Shown: in pieces, positions 9,652 through 17,730 of the stretch
Position numbering within the stretch: the stretch's first letter is position 1
How the letters are laid out: every line of letters begins with the position of its first letter
NCBI GenBank assembly: GCA_040398465.1
Contig: JBBAUA010000001.1
Coordinates: 85,254-149,253 of the forward strand
DNA from: Hyphomonadaceae bacterium
GTDB lineage: Bacteria; Pseudomonadota; Alphaproteobacteria; Caulobacterales; Hyphomonadaceae
DNA length: 64,000 nt
Direction: 5' to 3'
Program-made: the position numbers and the translations under genes
The notes under the pieces: model-generated
What the model saw: only the letters and a program-made list of their open reading frames with translations
The model's database searches: none
What the model was told of the DNA's origin: nothing

Positions 9652-10686
9652 ATGTTCGACAAGTTCGCCTTCGCCGGCCACGAGAGTGTGCACCACTTCT
9701 TCGATGCGAAGACTGGCCTCCGCGCGATCATCGCGCTTCACTCCACGGCGCGCGGTCCCGCTGCCGGTGGATGCCGCATGTGGAACTACGCCACCGCCGA
9801 GGAAGCCCTCGTCGACGCGCTGCGCCTCTCGCAAGGGATGAGCTACAAGAACGCCATGGCCGACCTGCCGCTCGGCGGCGGCAAGGCCGTGATCTGGGGC
9901 AATTCACGAACTGACAAGACGTCCGACCTGTTCCGCGCCCTCGGCCGCGCCATCAACTCGCTCAACGGGACATACTGGTCGGCCGAAGATGTCGGCGTCT
10001 CCGTGCAGGACATGGCCTTTGCAGCGGAGGAGACGAAATACGTCTCCGGCCTTTCGACAGGCAAGGCAGCCAGTGGCGACCCGTCGCCCGTGACAGCGAA
10101 GGGCGTCTTCCTCGGTCTGAAGGCCGCTGCCCTTCGCGCCTTTGGAACGGATGACCTTTCCAGCCGCACCATAGCGGTACAGGGCGTGGGTCATGTCGGC
10201 GGCTATCTGTGCCGGCATCTGGCAGGGGCGGGCGCCAAACTCGTCATCACCGACGTGAACACCGAAGCGCTCGACCAGATCGCTCGCGCCACAGGCGCAC
10301 AGGTCGTCGCCCCCGCGGACATCTACGATGTCGCCGCCGATATCTTCTCGCCCAACGCCCTCGGCGCCATCATCAACCCCGACACCCTGCCGCGCCTCCG
10401 CGTGCGCGTGATTGCCGGCGGCGCCAACAACCAGCTCGCCACGCCAGAGATGGGCGACAGCCTGAGCGGGAAGGGCATCGTCTACGCCCCCGATTACGTC
10501 ATAAACGGCGGCGGCATCATCAATGTCGCCTCCGAAATATCCGGCGCCTACGATCCTGCCTGGGTTGAGGCAAAGCTCAAGCGCCTGATCCAGACCCTCG
10601 GCGATGTGCTCGACCAGGCCCAGCGCGAAGGCCGCGGCGCCAACCGCGTCGCCGACGAAATCGCCCGCAGCCGAATTACCCGCTGA
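9652..10686 (+). CDS. Glu/Leu/Phe/Val dehydrogenase family, leucine-dehydrogenase-like
   Basis: 344 aa. Catalytic-Lys motif PLGGGKAVIWG and NAD Rossmann motif VQGVGHVGGYL. Confidence 0.85.
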   Translation: MFDKFAFAGHESVHHFFDAKTGLRAIIALHSTARGPAAGGCRMWNYATAEEALVDALRLSQGMSYKNAMADLPLGGGKAVIWGNSRTDKTSDLFRALGRAINSLNGTYWSAEDVGVSVQDMAFAAEETKYVSGLSTGKAASGDPSPVTAKGVFLGLKAAALRAFGTDDLSSRTIAVQGVGHVGGYLCRHLAGAGAKLVITDVNTEALDQIARATGAQVVAPADIYDVAADIFSPNALGAIINPDTLPRLRVRVIAGGANNQLATPEMGDSLSGKGIVYAPDYVINGGGIINVASEISGAYDPAWVEAKLKRLIQTLGDVLDQAQREGRGANRVADEIARSRITR

Positions 10687-10878
10687 CCCCCGCGCAGATG
10701 CTCCGGGCGCCGATCATTAAATCTGTTCGCTCGCCGGTTGCATTTGTGTGACGCAGGTCTAGGTTCGCAAATGTTGCATTGCAGCGTAATGCTCAGACGC
10801 CGAATGAATGGCGCGGCAATTGCTGGGGTTATTGGTTGGTGTAGCTGCCCGTCAGGGCAGTGGACTTCGGGGGGTGTG

Positions 10879-11157
10879 ATGTCTGAAGTCGTTGTCTTCA
10901 TGGGCGCAGAAGAAAGCCGTGATCCCTCGCGCCTGATGAACGCCGTCGATGCCTTCGCCAAATGGGCGTCCGAGTCCGGCCTGTCGGGTGAGCAAAGCGA
11001 CGCCCCCCACATCATGGTCAAAAGCGAATTCTCCGGTGGCGAGATGCGCCGCAAGCTCGTTTTCCAGCATCGCGACCACGCCGCCCGCTTCCTGGTCTTC
11101 TGGCGCTCGGAGCGCCAACGGGCGCGGCCATCCGACGCCGTCGCCGCCCAGGCCTGA
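10879..11157 (+). CDS. hypothetical small protein
   Basis: 92 aa from the ATG at 10879 (the track ORF starts earlier at 10738). GC-rich third positions. No motif recognised. Confidence 0.4.
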   Translation: MSEVVVFMGAEESRDPSRLMNAVDAFAKWASESGLSGEQSDAPHIMVKSEFSGGEMRRKLVFQHRDHAARFLVFWRSERQRARPSDAVAAQA

Positions 11158-11200
11158 CACCGCCTCTGGCCGTTCGCGCTGACGCCACTATAGAGGCGCC

Positions 11201-12391
11201 ATGTCCGCCTCGCCCTCCACCCGGAAGCCAGCTCTGCGCGTCGCCGTCGTTGGCGCAGGCATTGTGGGGCTCAGCATCGCGCTGGAACTGCGCAGTCGCG
11301 GCGCCGATGTGGCGGTTTACGACCGTGGCCTCGAACTCGGCGGCGGCGTCACCATCCGCGCGGCGGGCATGCTGGGCGCCGCGTTCGAATGGGCGGCCGA
11401 GCATGACCAGCGTGCGCTCGCCGCATTGGCGCGCCATGCAGGGCAGCTGTGGCCGGAATACGCCGCCCGCCTCGAACGCCTCGGCGGCGGCGCCGTCGAA
11501 TATTCGCGAGAAGGCGCGCTCGTTGTCGCCCGCATGCAGGCCGAGGCCGACTGGCTGACCAACCTCACCGCCGCCTGCCAGGCGCGCAACGTCCCCGCGC
11601 TCACCTTGCCGCTGAAGGACGTCGCCGTCCGCGAGCCCGCCCTTGCGCGCTCCATCCTCGCAGCGCTCTGGCTGCCCGACGACCAGCAGGTCGATCCCGT
11701 CCTCGTCCTCCAGCGACTCGGCGCCGCGCTCGCGCGCACGGGCGTTGGGCTCCGCTTTGGCCGCCAGGTAGATCGCATCACGGCCGGCCAGCATTTCCTG
11801 ATGCCAGACGGCGAACGCTATGACCGCGTCGTGATCGCCAATGGCGCTCAGCCAGCGCCACTGTTCGTTGGCCCCCGCGGCGCGCGGCTGTCTCCCGGCC
11901 TGCCCGCTCCCGTGCCCGTGAAAGGGCACATGCTCGCCCTCGCGCCGATCGAGCAGGGGCCTCGCCATGTCATCCACGCGCGCGATGTCTACATCGCCCC
12001 CAAATCGCGCTGGATCCTCATCGGCGCCACGACGGAGAGAAACCGCGCTGACACTGAGGTCGACCGCGACGCCATCGCCCAGCTCCGCGCCCGCGCCGCC
12101 GTCCTCGTACCAGCGCTCGCCGATGCTCCTGAACTCACCGCCTGGGCCGGCGTCCGGCCCGGCAGCCCCGATGACCAGCCGATGATCGGCCAGACCGCCA
12201 TCCCCGGCGTCTTCGCCGCCCTCGGCCACTATCGCAACGGTGTCCTCTTCGCCCCGGCTACCGCGGAAATCGTCGCCGACCAGGTCATTGACGGGAAAGT
12301 GAGCCCGCTCGCCGCGGCCTTTGACCCCACCCGGTTTGACAACCCGGACGCGGCGCCGCACTCGCCCTCCGGCAAAGGCTCCGATAACTAG
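11201..12391 (+). CDS. FAD-dependent oxidoreductase (DAO family; glycine oxidase ThiO-like)
   Basis: N-terminal VAVVGAGIVGLSIALEL dinucleotide-binding motif. The length and C-terminal GHYRNG motif fit the DAO/ThiO family. The ThiO assignment is not certain. Confidence 0.75.
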   Translation: MSASPSTRKPALRVAVVGAGIVGLSIALELRSRGADVAVYDRGLELGGGVTIRAAGMLGAAFEWAAEHDQRALAALARHAGQLWPEYAARLERLGGGAVEYSREGALVVARMQAEADWLTNLTAACQARNVPALTLPLKDVAVREPALARSILAALWLPDDQQVDPVLVLQRLGAALARTGVGLRFGRQVDRITAGQHFLMPDGERYDRVVIANGAQPAPLFVGPRGARLSPGLPAPVPVKGHMLALAPIEQGPRHVIHARDVYIAPKSRWILIGATTERNRADTEVDRDAIAQLRARAAVLVPALADAPELTAWAGVRPGSPDDQPMIGQTAIPGVFAALGHYRNGVLFAPATAEIVADQVIDGKVSPLAAAFDPTRFDNPDAAPHSPSGKGSDN

Positions 12392-12428
12392 CGTTACAAC
12401 GAGAGCTGACAGGCCACGGGAGAGTCAC

Positions 12429-13595
12429 ATGCACAACATCGCCCCCATGACGGAAGATCAGGAAGCGATCCGCGACGCCGTCGCCGCCGTGTGCGCCCAG
12501 TTCGACGCGGAATACTGGCGCAAGACCGACGAGACCGGCGAATGGCCGGAAGCCTTCACCAAGGCGATGGCCGATGGCGGCTGGCTCGGCATCGCCATGC
12601 CGGAAGAGGTGGGCGGCTCCGGCCTCGGCCTGATGGAAGCCTCCATCATGATGCAGGCCGTCGCGCGCTCCGGCGCCGGCTTCACCGGCTGCTCGTCCAT
12701 CCACCTCAACATCTTCGGCGCAAAGCCGATCGAGAAATTCGGCACGTCCGAGCAGAAGCAGGAATTCCTGCCCAAGATCATCTCCGGCCAGCAGAAGATG
12801 TGCTTCGGCGTCACCGAGCCGAACTCGGGCCTCGACACCTCCAGCCTGCAGACGAAAGCCGAGCGCACCAATTCCGGCTACGTCATCAACGGCCGCAAGA
12901 TCTGGACGACCGGCGCCCAGCGCGCCGACAAGATCATCCTCATCGCCCGCACCACGCCGCAGGAAAAAGTCGCCAAGCCCTATATGGGCCTGTCCCTGTT
13001 CTACATGGACATGAAGGGCGTCGACGCAAAGCCGATCCCGAAAATGGGCCGCAAGGCCGTCGAGTGCAACATGCTGTACTTCGACAACATCGAGATCCCG
13101 AAGGAGTCGCTGATCGGCGAGGAGGGCCAAGGCTTCAAGTACTTGCTGCAGGGCCTCAACCCGGAACGCGTGCTGTTCGCCGCTGAAGCCATCGGCCTCG
13201 GCTTCTGCGCCCTCGAGCGCGCCACGACCTACGCGAAAGAGCGTGTCGTGTTCGGTCGCCCCATCGGCCAGAACCAGGGCGTCGCCCACCCGCTCGCCAA
13301 ATGCTGGGCTGAACTCTCCGCAGCCGAACTGCTGACCTACAAGGCCGCTCGCCTCTACGACCAGGGCCTCGAATGCGGCGCCGAAGCCAACGCCGCGAAG
13401 TACCTCGGCGCCGAATACGGCTTCAACGCCTGCGAGGCGGCCGTCCTCGCCCACGGCGGCATGGGCTACGCGAAAGAGTACGACGTGGAACGCTACATGC
13501 GCGAAGCGATGATCGCGCGTATCGCCCCGGTGAGCCGCGAGATGATCCTGAACTACATCAGCGAGCGCGTGCTGGGGCTGCCTAAGAGCTACTAG
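12429..13595 (+). CDS. acyl-CoA dehydrogenase
   Basis: 388 aa from the ATG at 12429. ACAD N/M/C domain pattern (CFGVTEPNSGLD, YAKERVVFGRPIGQNQ, GGMGYAKEY). Confidence 0.9.
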   Translation: MHNIAPMTEDQEAIRDAVAAVCAQFDAEYWRKTDETGEWPEAFTKAMADGGWLGIAMPEEVGGSGLGLMEASIMMQAVARSGAGFTGCSSIHLNIFGAKPIEKFGTSEQKQEFLPKIISGQQKMCFGVTEPNSGLDTSSLQTKAERTNSGYVINGRKIWTTGAQRADKIILIARTTPQEKVAKPYMGLSLFYMDMKGVDAKPIPKMGRKAVECNMLYFDNIEIPKESLIGEEGQGFKYLLQGLNPERVLFAAEAIGLGFCALERATTYAKERVVFGRPIGQNQGVAHPLAKCWAELSAAELLTYKAARLYDQGLECGAEANAAKYLGAEYGFNACEAAVLAHGGMGYAKEYDVERYMREAMIARIAPVSREMILNYISERVLGLPKSY

Positions 13596-13614
13596 GGAGG
13601 CTACCTCTCTCCGC

Positions 13615-13719
13615 TGTCATCCCGGCCGGAGCGCGCAGCGCGAAGAGCCGGGATCCATTGGCCTTTGGTCGTGGTCTCACAATAGGTCCCGGATAGCGCT
13701 GCGCGCTTCCGGGATGACA
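13615..13719. repeat. REP/MITE-like inverted repeat (TGTCATCCCGG ... CCGGGATGACA) made of two GC-rich hairpin units
   Basis: Hairpin ATCCCGGC-N20-GCCGGGAT at 13619-13654 and hairpin TCCCGGA-N14-TCCGGGA at 13688-13714. The outer ends are reverse complements of each other. Confidence 0.7.
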
Positions 13720-13768
13720 ACCGTCGCCAAATGCACCAGCCTCCCACCCAGAAGCGGGAGAGAAACCA

Positions 13769-14536
13769 ATGGGTCGTGTCTCAGGCAAGGTCGCCCTCGT
13801 CACCGGCGCGGCAAGCGGCATCGGCCGCGCGACAGCCGAAACGCTTGCGCGCGAAGGCGCAGCCGTTGTTCTCACCGACGTGCAGGACGGCGAAGAAGCC
13901 GCCGCCGCGATCCGCAAGTCCGGCGGCGGAGCGCGCTTCATCCGCCACGACGTCGCCAGCGAAACTGAATGGCGCGACGTCATCGCCAGCATTGAGAAGA
14001 CCGAAGGCCGCCTCGACATCCTCGTCAACAATGCGGGCATCGCCGTCGCGGGCCTGATCCACGAGCTGAGTCTCGAAGACTGGCGCCGCCAGATGGCGGT
14101 CAACGTCGATGGAGTCTTCCTAGGCGTGAAAACCGCCCTACCGCTGATGCGCAAAGGGAAGGGCGGCTCCATCATCAATATCTCGTCGATCGCGGGCCTC
14201 CGCGGCGCGCCAAACCTCTCAGCCTACTGCACCTCGAAAGGCGCGGTCCGCCTCTTCACGAAATCAGTCGCGCTCGAATGCGCCGCGATACAGGACGGCA
14301 TCCGTTGCAACTCCGTCCACCCCGGCCTGATCGAAACCCCGATCTGGTCCCAGGTCGTCCCCGGCTCCAACGAACCCATGGACCTCGACGCCGCCGCCGC
14401 GCTCCGCGTGCCCCTGCGCCGCAAGGGCTGGCCGGACGACATCGCAAAAGTGGTGCTCTTCCTCGCCAGCGACGACAGCGCCTACATGACCGGCGAGGAG
14501 GTTGTCGTGGACGGAGGCATGACGGTCGGGACGTAG
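13769..14536 (+). CDS. SDR family oxidoreductase
   Basis: TGAASGIGRA cofactor motif, NNAG, catalytic YCTSK. 255 aa. Confidence 0.9.
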   Translation: MGRVSGKVALVTGAASGIGRATAETLAREGAAVVLTDVQDGEEAAAAIRKSGGGARFIRHDVASETEWRDVIASIEKTEGRLDILVNNAGIAVAGLIHELSLEDWRRQMAVNVDGVFLGVKTALPLMRKGKGGSIINISSIAGLRGAPNLSAYCTSKGAVRLFTKSVALECAAIQDGIRCNSVHPGLIETPIWSQVVPGSNEPMDLDAAAALRVPLRRKGWPDDIAKVVLFLASDDSAYMTGEEVVVDGGMTVGT

Positions 14537-14550
14537 AACGCGGGGCCCGG

Positions 14551-14668
14551 CTTCGTCCTTCGAGATGGCCGGTTCGGCCTCCTCAGGATGAGGCCTCACA
14601 AAACATGACGCTCATGGAAAGCCCTCATCCTCAGGAGCGGACGAAGTCCGCGTCTCGAAGGACGAGGG
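14551..14668. repeat. REP/MITE-like inverted repeat (CTTCGTCCTTCGAGA..CTCAGGATGAGG / CCTCATCCTCAGGAG..TCTCGAAGGACGAG)
   Basis: The two roughly 45-nt arms are near reverse complements, separated by about 28 nt. This is the alphaproteobacterial intergenic repeat type that gives LILRS/SKDE pseudo-translations. Confidence 0.7.
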
Positions 14669-14692
14669 CGTGCTCACAAACCGCCGGTGCTC

Positions 14693-14980
14693 CTACTGGT
14701 CGTTCCGCCACTTCTCCATCGCCGCCGAGATCGCGAACGTCTCGCGATACTTGGGCGAGTCCGACGGCCGCGGCGCCTTCTGCGATGTCAGCGCCATGAT
14801 CTCGGCCAGCTTGTTGTGCGCGGCTCCCGCCTGTCCTGCGCCGATATAGGCGTGCAGTTCTACGAGCGCGGAGGACAGCAGGTCGTGCGCACGGATGACG
14901 AAGTAGGGCTCGTCCTCCGCCAGGTTGGGGTAGGCGTCGTATTTCGACGGATTTGCCTTGGAGCCTATGGGGGCGGTCAT
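14693..14980 (-). CDS. hypothetical small protein
   Basis: 95 aa ORF with coding-like composition, sitting directly next to the REP element. No motif recognised. Confidence 0.45.
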   Translation of the reverse strand: MTAPIGSKANPSKYDAYPNLAEDEPYFVIRAHDLLSSALVELHAYIGAGQAGAAHNKLAEIMALTSQKAPRPSDSPKYRETFAISAAMEKWRNDQ

Positions 14981-15109
14981 GCGTGCCTCGCAGATGATTC
15001 GGTGGCTCAGCCTGCCCGGATTCGGGTTAACCGGCCTGCCTCTCGAAAAGCACTACAACCACGCGAGCGCAATGGGCTATGATTGGTTCAACTGGAACAG
15101 GGGAGCGAC

Positions 15110-15616
15110 ATGGGCGGGAAGGTGGCGCCAGCGGCAAAGAAGGCCACGCCGAAGAAAGCTGCAAAGAAATCCGCGACCAAGACACACGCCACGCCAGCGT
15201 CCGTCCCCGCCTACGTCGCCGCGGTTGAAAACGACACACGCCGCGCCGATGCCGAAGTGCTTCTCAAGGTTTTTGGGAAAGTCACCGGCTGGAAGCCGAG
15301 GATGTGGGGGCCGACCATCATCGGCTACGGGTCATATACATACACATACGACAGCGGACACTCCGGCGACGCTCCCGTGGTCGGCTTCAGCCCGCGTGGG
15401 GCGGCGCTCTCGATCTACAGCGGCATGTATGCAGAGCAGCCGGAATGCCAGGCCATCCTGAAGGCGCTAGGCAAGCACAAGACGGCCAAGGCCTGCATCT
15501 ACATCAACAAGCTCGCCGACGTGGACATGGCGGTGTTCGAGAGACTCATCCGCACCGGGCTCGCGAACATGAAGAAGAAAGCCAAGGAAAATGGCTGGCC
15601 GCTGTCAGGCAGCTGA
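15110..15616 (+). CDS. DUF1801 (YdhG-like) domain protein with Lys-rich N-terminus
   Basis: ATG at 15110 after GGGGAG. VPAYVAAVENDTRRADAE...WGPTIIGYG pattern of DUF1801. Confidence 0.7.
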   Translation: MGGKVAPAAKKATPKKAAKKSATKTHATPASVPAYVAAVENDTRRADAEVLLKVFGKVTGWKPRMWGPTIIGYGSYTYTYDSGHSGDAPVVGFSPRGAALSIYSGMYAEQPECQAILKALGKHKTAKACIYINKLADVDMAVFERLIRTGLANMKKKAKENGWPLSGS

Positions 15617-15638
15617 CGCCATCGCTGGAGGGCTTCCC

Positions 15639-15737
15639 ATGAAGCTGCTGCTCTTCATCCTGATCAGCCTGCTCGTCGCCGGCGTCGGCCTGACGATCCG
15701 GAACATGATCAACAAGGACAAGCCGCCGCTCGAATAA
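15639..15737 (+). CDS. putative 32-aa single-pass membrane peptide
   Basis: ATG preceded by GGAGGG at a 6-nt spacing. Translation MKLLLFILISLLVAGVGLTIRNMINKDKPPLE. Too short to appear in the ORF track. Confidence 0.35.
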   Translation: MKLLLFILISLLVAGVGLTIRNMINKDKPPLE

Positions 15738-15740
15738 GGC

Positions 15741-16670
15741 TCAAGCCGATAACCCCTCCGGCGCCACCTCTCTCAAGGACGCCTGCAGCTCTGCCGTCGC
15801 CGGCATGATCTTGCGCGTCGCGAGGTTCAGCACCACAGCCACCGCCTCCGTCGTGCACCAGGCAAGCCCCGTGTCCGGATCGATCAGCCAGTGCACGAAC
15901 GAATGCGTCTTCTCCTTCTGGAAGCCCCGCGCCGAGCGGATCACGAACCGGTCCCCCGCGCGCGGCCAGCGCCGATAGGCCAACCGGTATTCCAGCACCG
16001 CCCCGCCCAGCTTCACCGTCTCGCCACGCGCCTCGGCCTCCCGGCCAACCTTCTCGCGCCATGGCCGAAGCAGGTGCCCAACCGAGTCTGACACCCGCCC
16101 GATGAAGAACTCCGGCATCATCCGCCCGGTCAGGTCCACCTGCGTCGGCAGCACAACGCCGCGCCCGATCACCGGCGCCGAGATCGCATCCGCATCCGCC
16201 ATCGTCGCGCTCGCCCGCGGCGCTACACCCAGATCAATCGACCGCGGCGCGCACGCCGCCGGTGCAGCATCAGTCATCGCTTCCAGTCGCTTCCGCGCAT
16301 CACCCGTCCACGCGAAAGGCGCGCCCGTGTCCACATCCACATGATCCACCCATGTCCGGATCGCCGCACACGGCTCACCCGACTGGTGCGTGATCTGCTG
16401 ATACACAAGCGCCGACGTCTCGCGCACCTCCAGCACGCATCCCGTCATCGTGAACGGCGCGCCCGCATGCGCCTCCTTCATGAACCGGATGTGCTGGTCG
16501 CGCGGCCGCAACGTCGATTGCGCGTTGGCCCGGAACGCATGCCCCAGCCCCACAATGTGAGCCAGCTCCGCCAGCCCCTCCATCATCTTCGCGACGTAGA
16601 AGCGCACATTCATGTGCCCCATCTCATCGCATTCCCAGGTATTGATGCTGCCGCGATAGAGTTCGATCAC
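15741..16670 (-). CDS. acyl-CoA thioesterase, tandem hotdog fold
   Basis: 309 aa. N-terminal WECDEMGHMNVRFY (4HBT-type catalytic region) and a second hotdog-like half. ATGA overlap with the upstream gene. Confidence 0.75.
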   Translation of the reverse strand: MIELYRGSINTWECDEMGHMNVRFYVAKMMEGLAELAHIVGLGHAFRANAQSTLRPRDQHIRFMKEAHAGAPFTMTGCVLEVRETSALVYQQITHQSGEPCAAIRTWVDHVDVDTGAPFAWTGDARKRLEAMTDAAPAACAPRSIDLGVAPRASATMADADAISAPVIGRGVVLPTQVDLTGRMMPEFFIGRVSDSVGHLLRPWREKVGREAEARGETVKLGGAVLEYRLAYRRWPRAGDRFVIRSARGFQKEKTHSFVHWLIDPDTGLAWCTTEAVAVVLNLATRKIMPATAELQASLREVAPEGLSA

Positions 16671-17092
16671 TTCTTAACGACCTTCCAATCAACCTTCACC
16701 GTCGCGCACGTCGGCCAGCCCTTGGCATCCGTCCCCGCATACGAACCTTCCAGCACCAGCCCGCTTCCGGCCGCCGCCTTCACCATCGCTGCAGTCGGGT
16801 CCGGCAGGTCCACTTTCGCGCGCCGGCTCCATTCCGCGCTGTGCTGTCCCGCCCCACGCCCCGTCGCGACATAGACAAACCGCCGCGTCTTCCCCTCTGT
16901 CCGCACGAAGTCGCCGAGAAAGCGCGGCCCGGTCTTGCCTTCCTCCAGCCGCGCGGGAAGCTCGAACACGATCGTCTTGCCGGTGGACATCCGCACATTC
17001 ACGCAGCCGCCCTCCTTGCCCTGCAGGCAGTGGGCGACACCTGCGGGCGGCGCAATTACGCTGAGGCGCAGAGAGACGTTGTCTGCCCCCAT
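16667..17092 (-). CDS. hypothetical protein (possibly DUF5990-like)
   Basis: 141 aa. Starts 9 nt after the zur stop and overlaps the thioesterase start by 4 nt (operon). The family assignment rests on weak memory of RRFVYVATG-type motifs. Confidence 0.5.
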   Translation of the reverse strand: MGADNVSLRLSVIAPPAGVAHCLQGKEGGCVNVRMSTGKTIVFELPARLEEGKTGPRFLGDFVRTEGKTRRFVYVATGRGAGQHSAEWSRRAKVDLPDPTAAMVKAAAGSGLVLEGSYAGTDAKGWPTCATVKVDWKVVKK

Positions 17093-17101
17093 CGCGCAGC
17101 C

Positions 17102-17563
17102 CTAACCAGCACAGGCCTCGCACAGCCCCCGGATCTCGATCACGGCGCTGCGCATCTTGAAGTTCACGCTCTCCACTTCTTGCGTGAGCTTCTTCACGCT
17201 GTCGTTCGCGTGCAGCTCCCCCGCCATCCCGCATTTGTCGCAGATGAGAAACACAGCCGCGTGCCCATGCTTCCAGTGCCCACACGCGACATAGGCATTC
17301 AGGCTCTCGATCTTGTGCGCCAGCCCCATCTCCAGCAGGAAATCCAGCGAGCGATAGACGGACGGCGGCTTCGCCGCGCCATCATCCCCCAGATGATCCA
17401 GCAGGTCGTAAGCCTTCGCCGGCCCCTCGGACTCCAGCAACAGCGTCAGCACCTTCTTGCGCAGCGGGGTCAGCTTGCCGCCCCGCTGGCCGCATAGCAC
17501 CTCGGCCTCCTTGAGGCTGTCGGAGAGACTGTCGGGCGCGCAGGCGAGGTGGGCATGAGCCAT
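17102..17563 (-). CDS. zur: Fur family transcriptional regulator, Zur-like
   Basis: Winged helix (LTPLRKKVLTLLL...AYDLLDHL...VYRSLDFLLEMGL). Two CxxC pairs (CDKC, CEAC). 153 aa. Zur rather than Fur/Mur is inferred from similarity to alphaproteobacterial Zur. Confidence 0.75.
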   Translation of the reverse strand: MAHAHLACAPDSLSDSLKEAEVLCGQRGGKLTPLRKKVLTLLLESEGPAKAYDLLDHLGDDGAAKPPSVYRSLDFLLEMGLAHKIESLNAYVACGHWKHGHAAVFLICDKCGMAGELHANDSVKKLTQEVESVNFKMRSAVIEIRGLCEACAG

Positions 17564-17730
17564 GCCCTAATGTCGGCTGCCCCGCCCCGATTCACAAGGC
17601 CCGGGCAATCACGGGGGAGGCAGGGCAGGCCATGAGGCACAGGGCAGGGCCTCAGCCCACGGAAAACCGCCGGTTAACCAGCTTCATGCCCTAATCCCTC
17701 CGGATTTGGACGGGCGAGAGGGGACAAGTC

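Noticed and set aside
11018-12361. Long ORFs antisense to recognised genes. Examples: 11018..12361, 12285..13454, 40450..41871, 43483..44958, 45328..46488, 55085..56068, 56155..57114 and 59475..60743, plus many shorter ones.
   Set aside because: Their translations are Arg/Gly/Pro/His/Asp-rich low-complexity strings with no motifs. They lie opposite genes with clear family signatures. Such shadow ORFs are expected in GC-rich DNA, where stop codons are rare.
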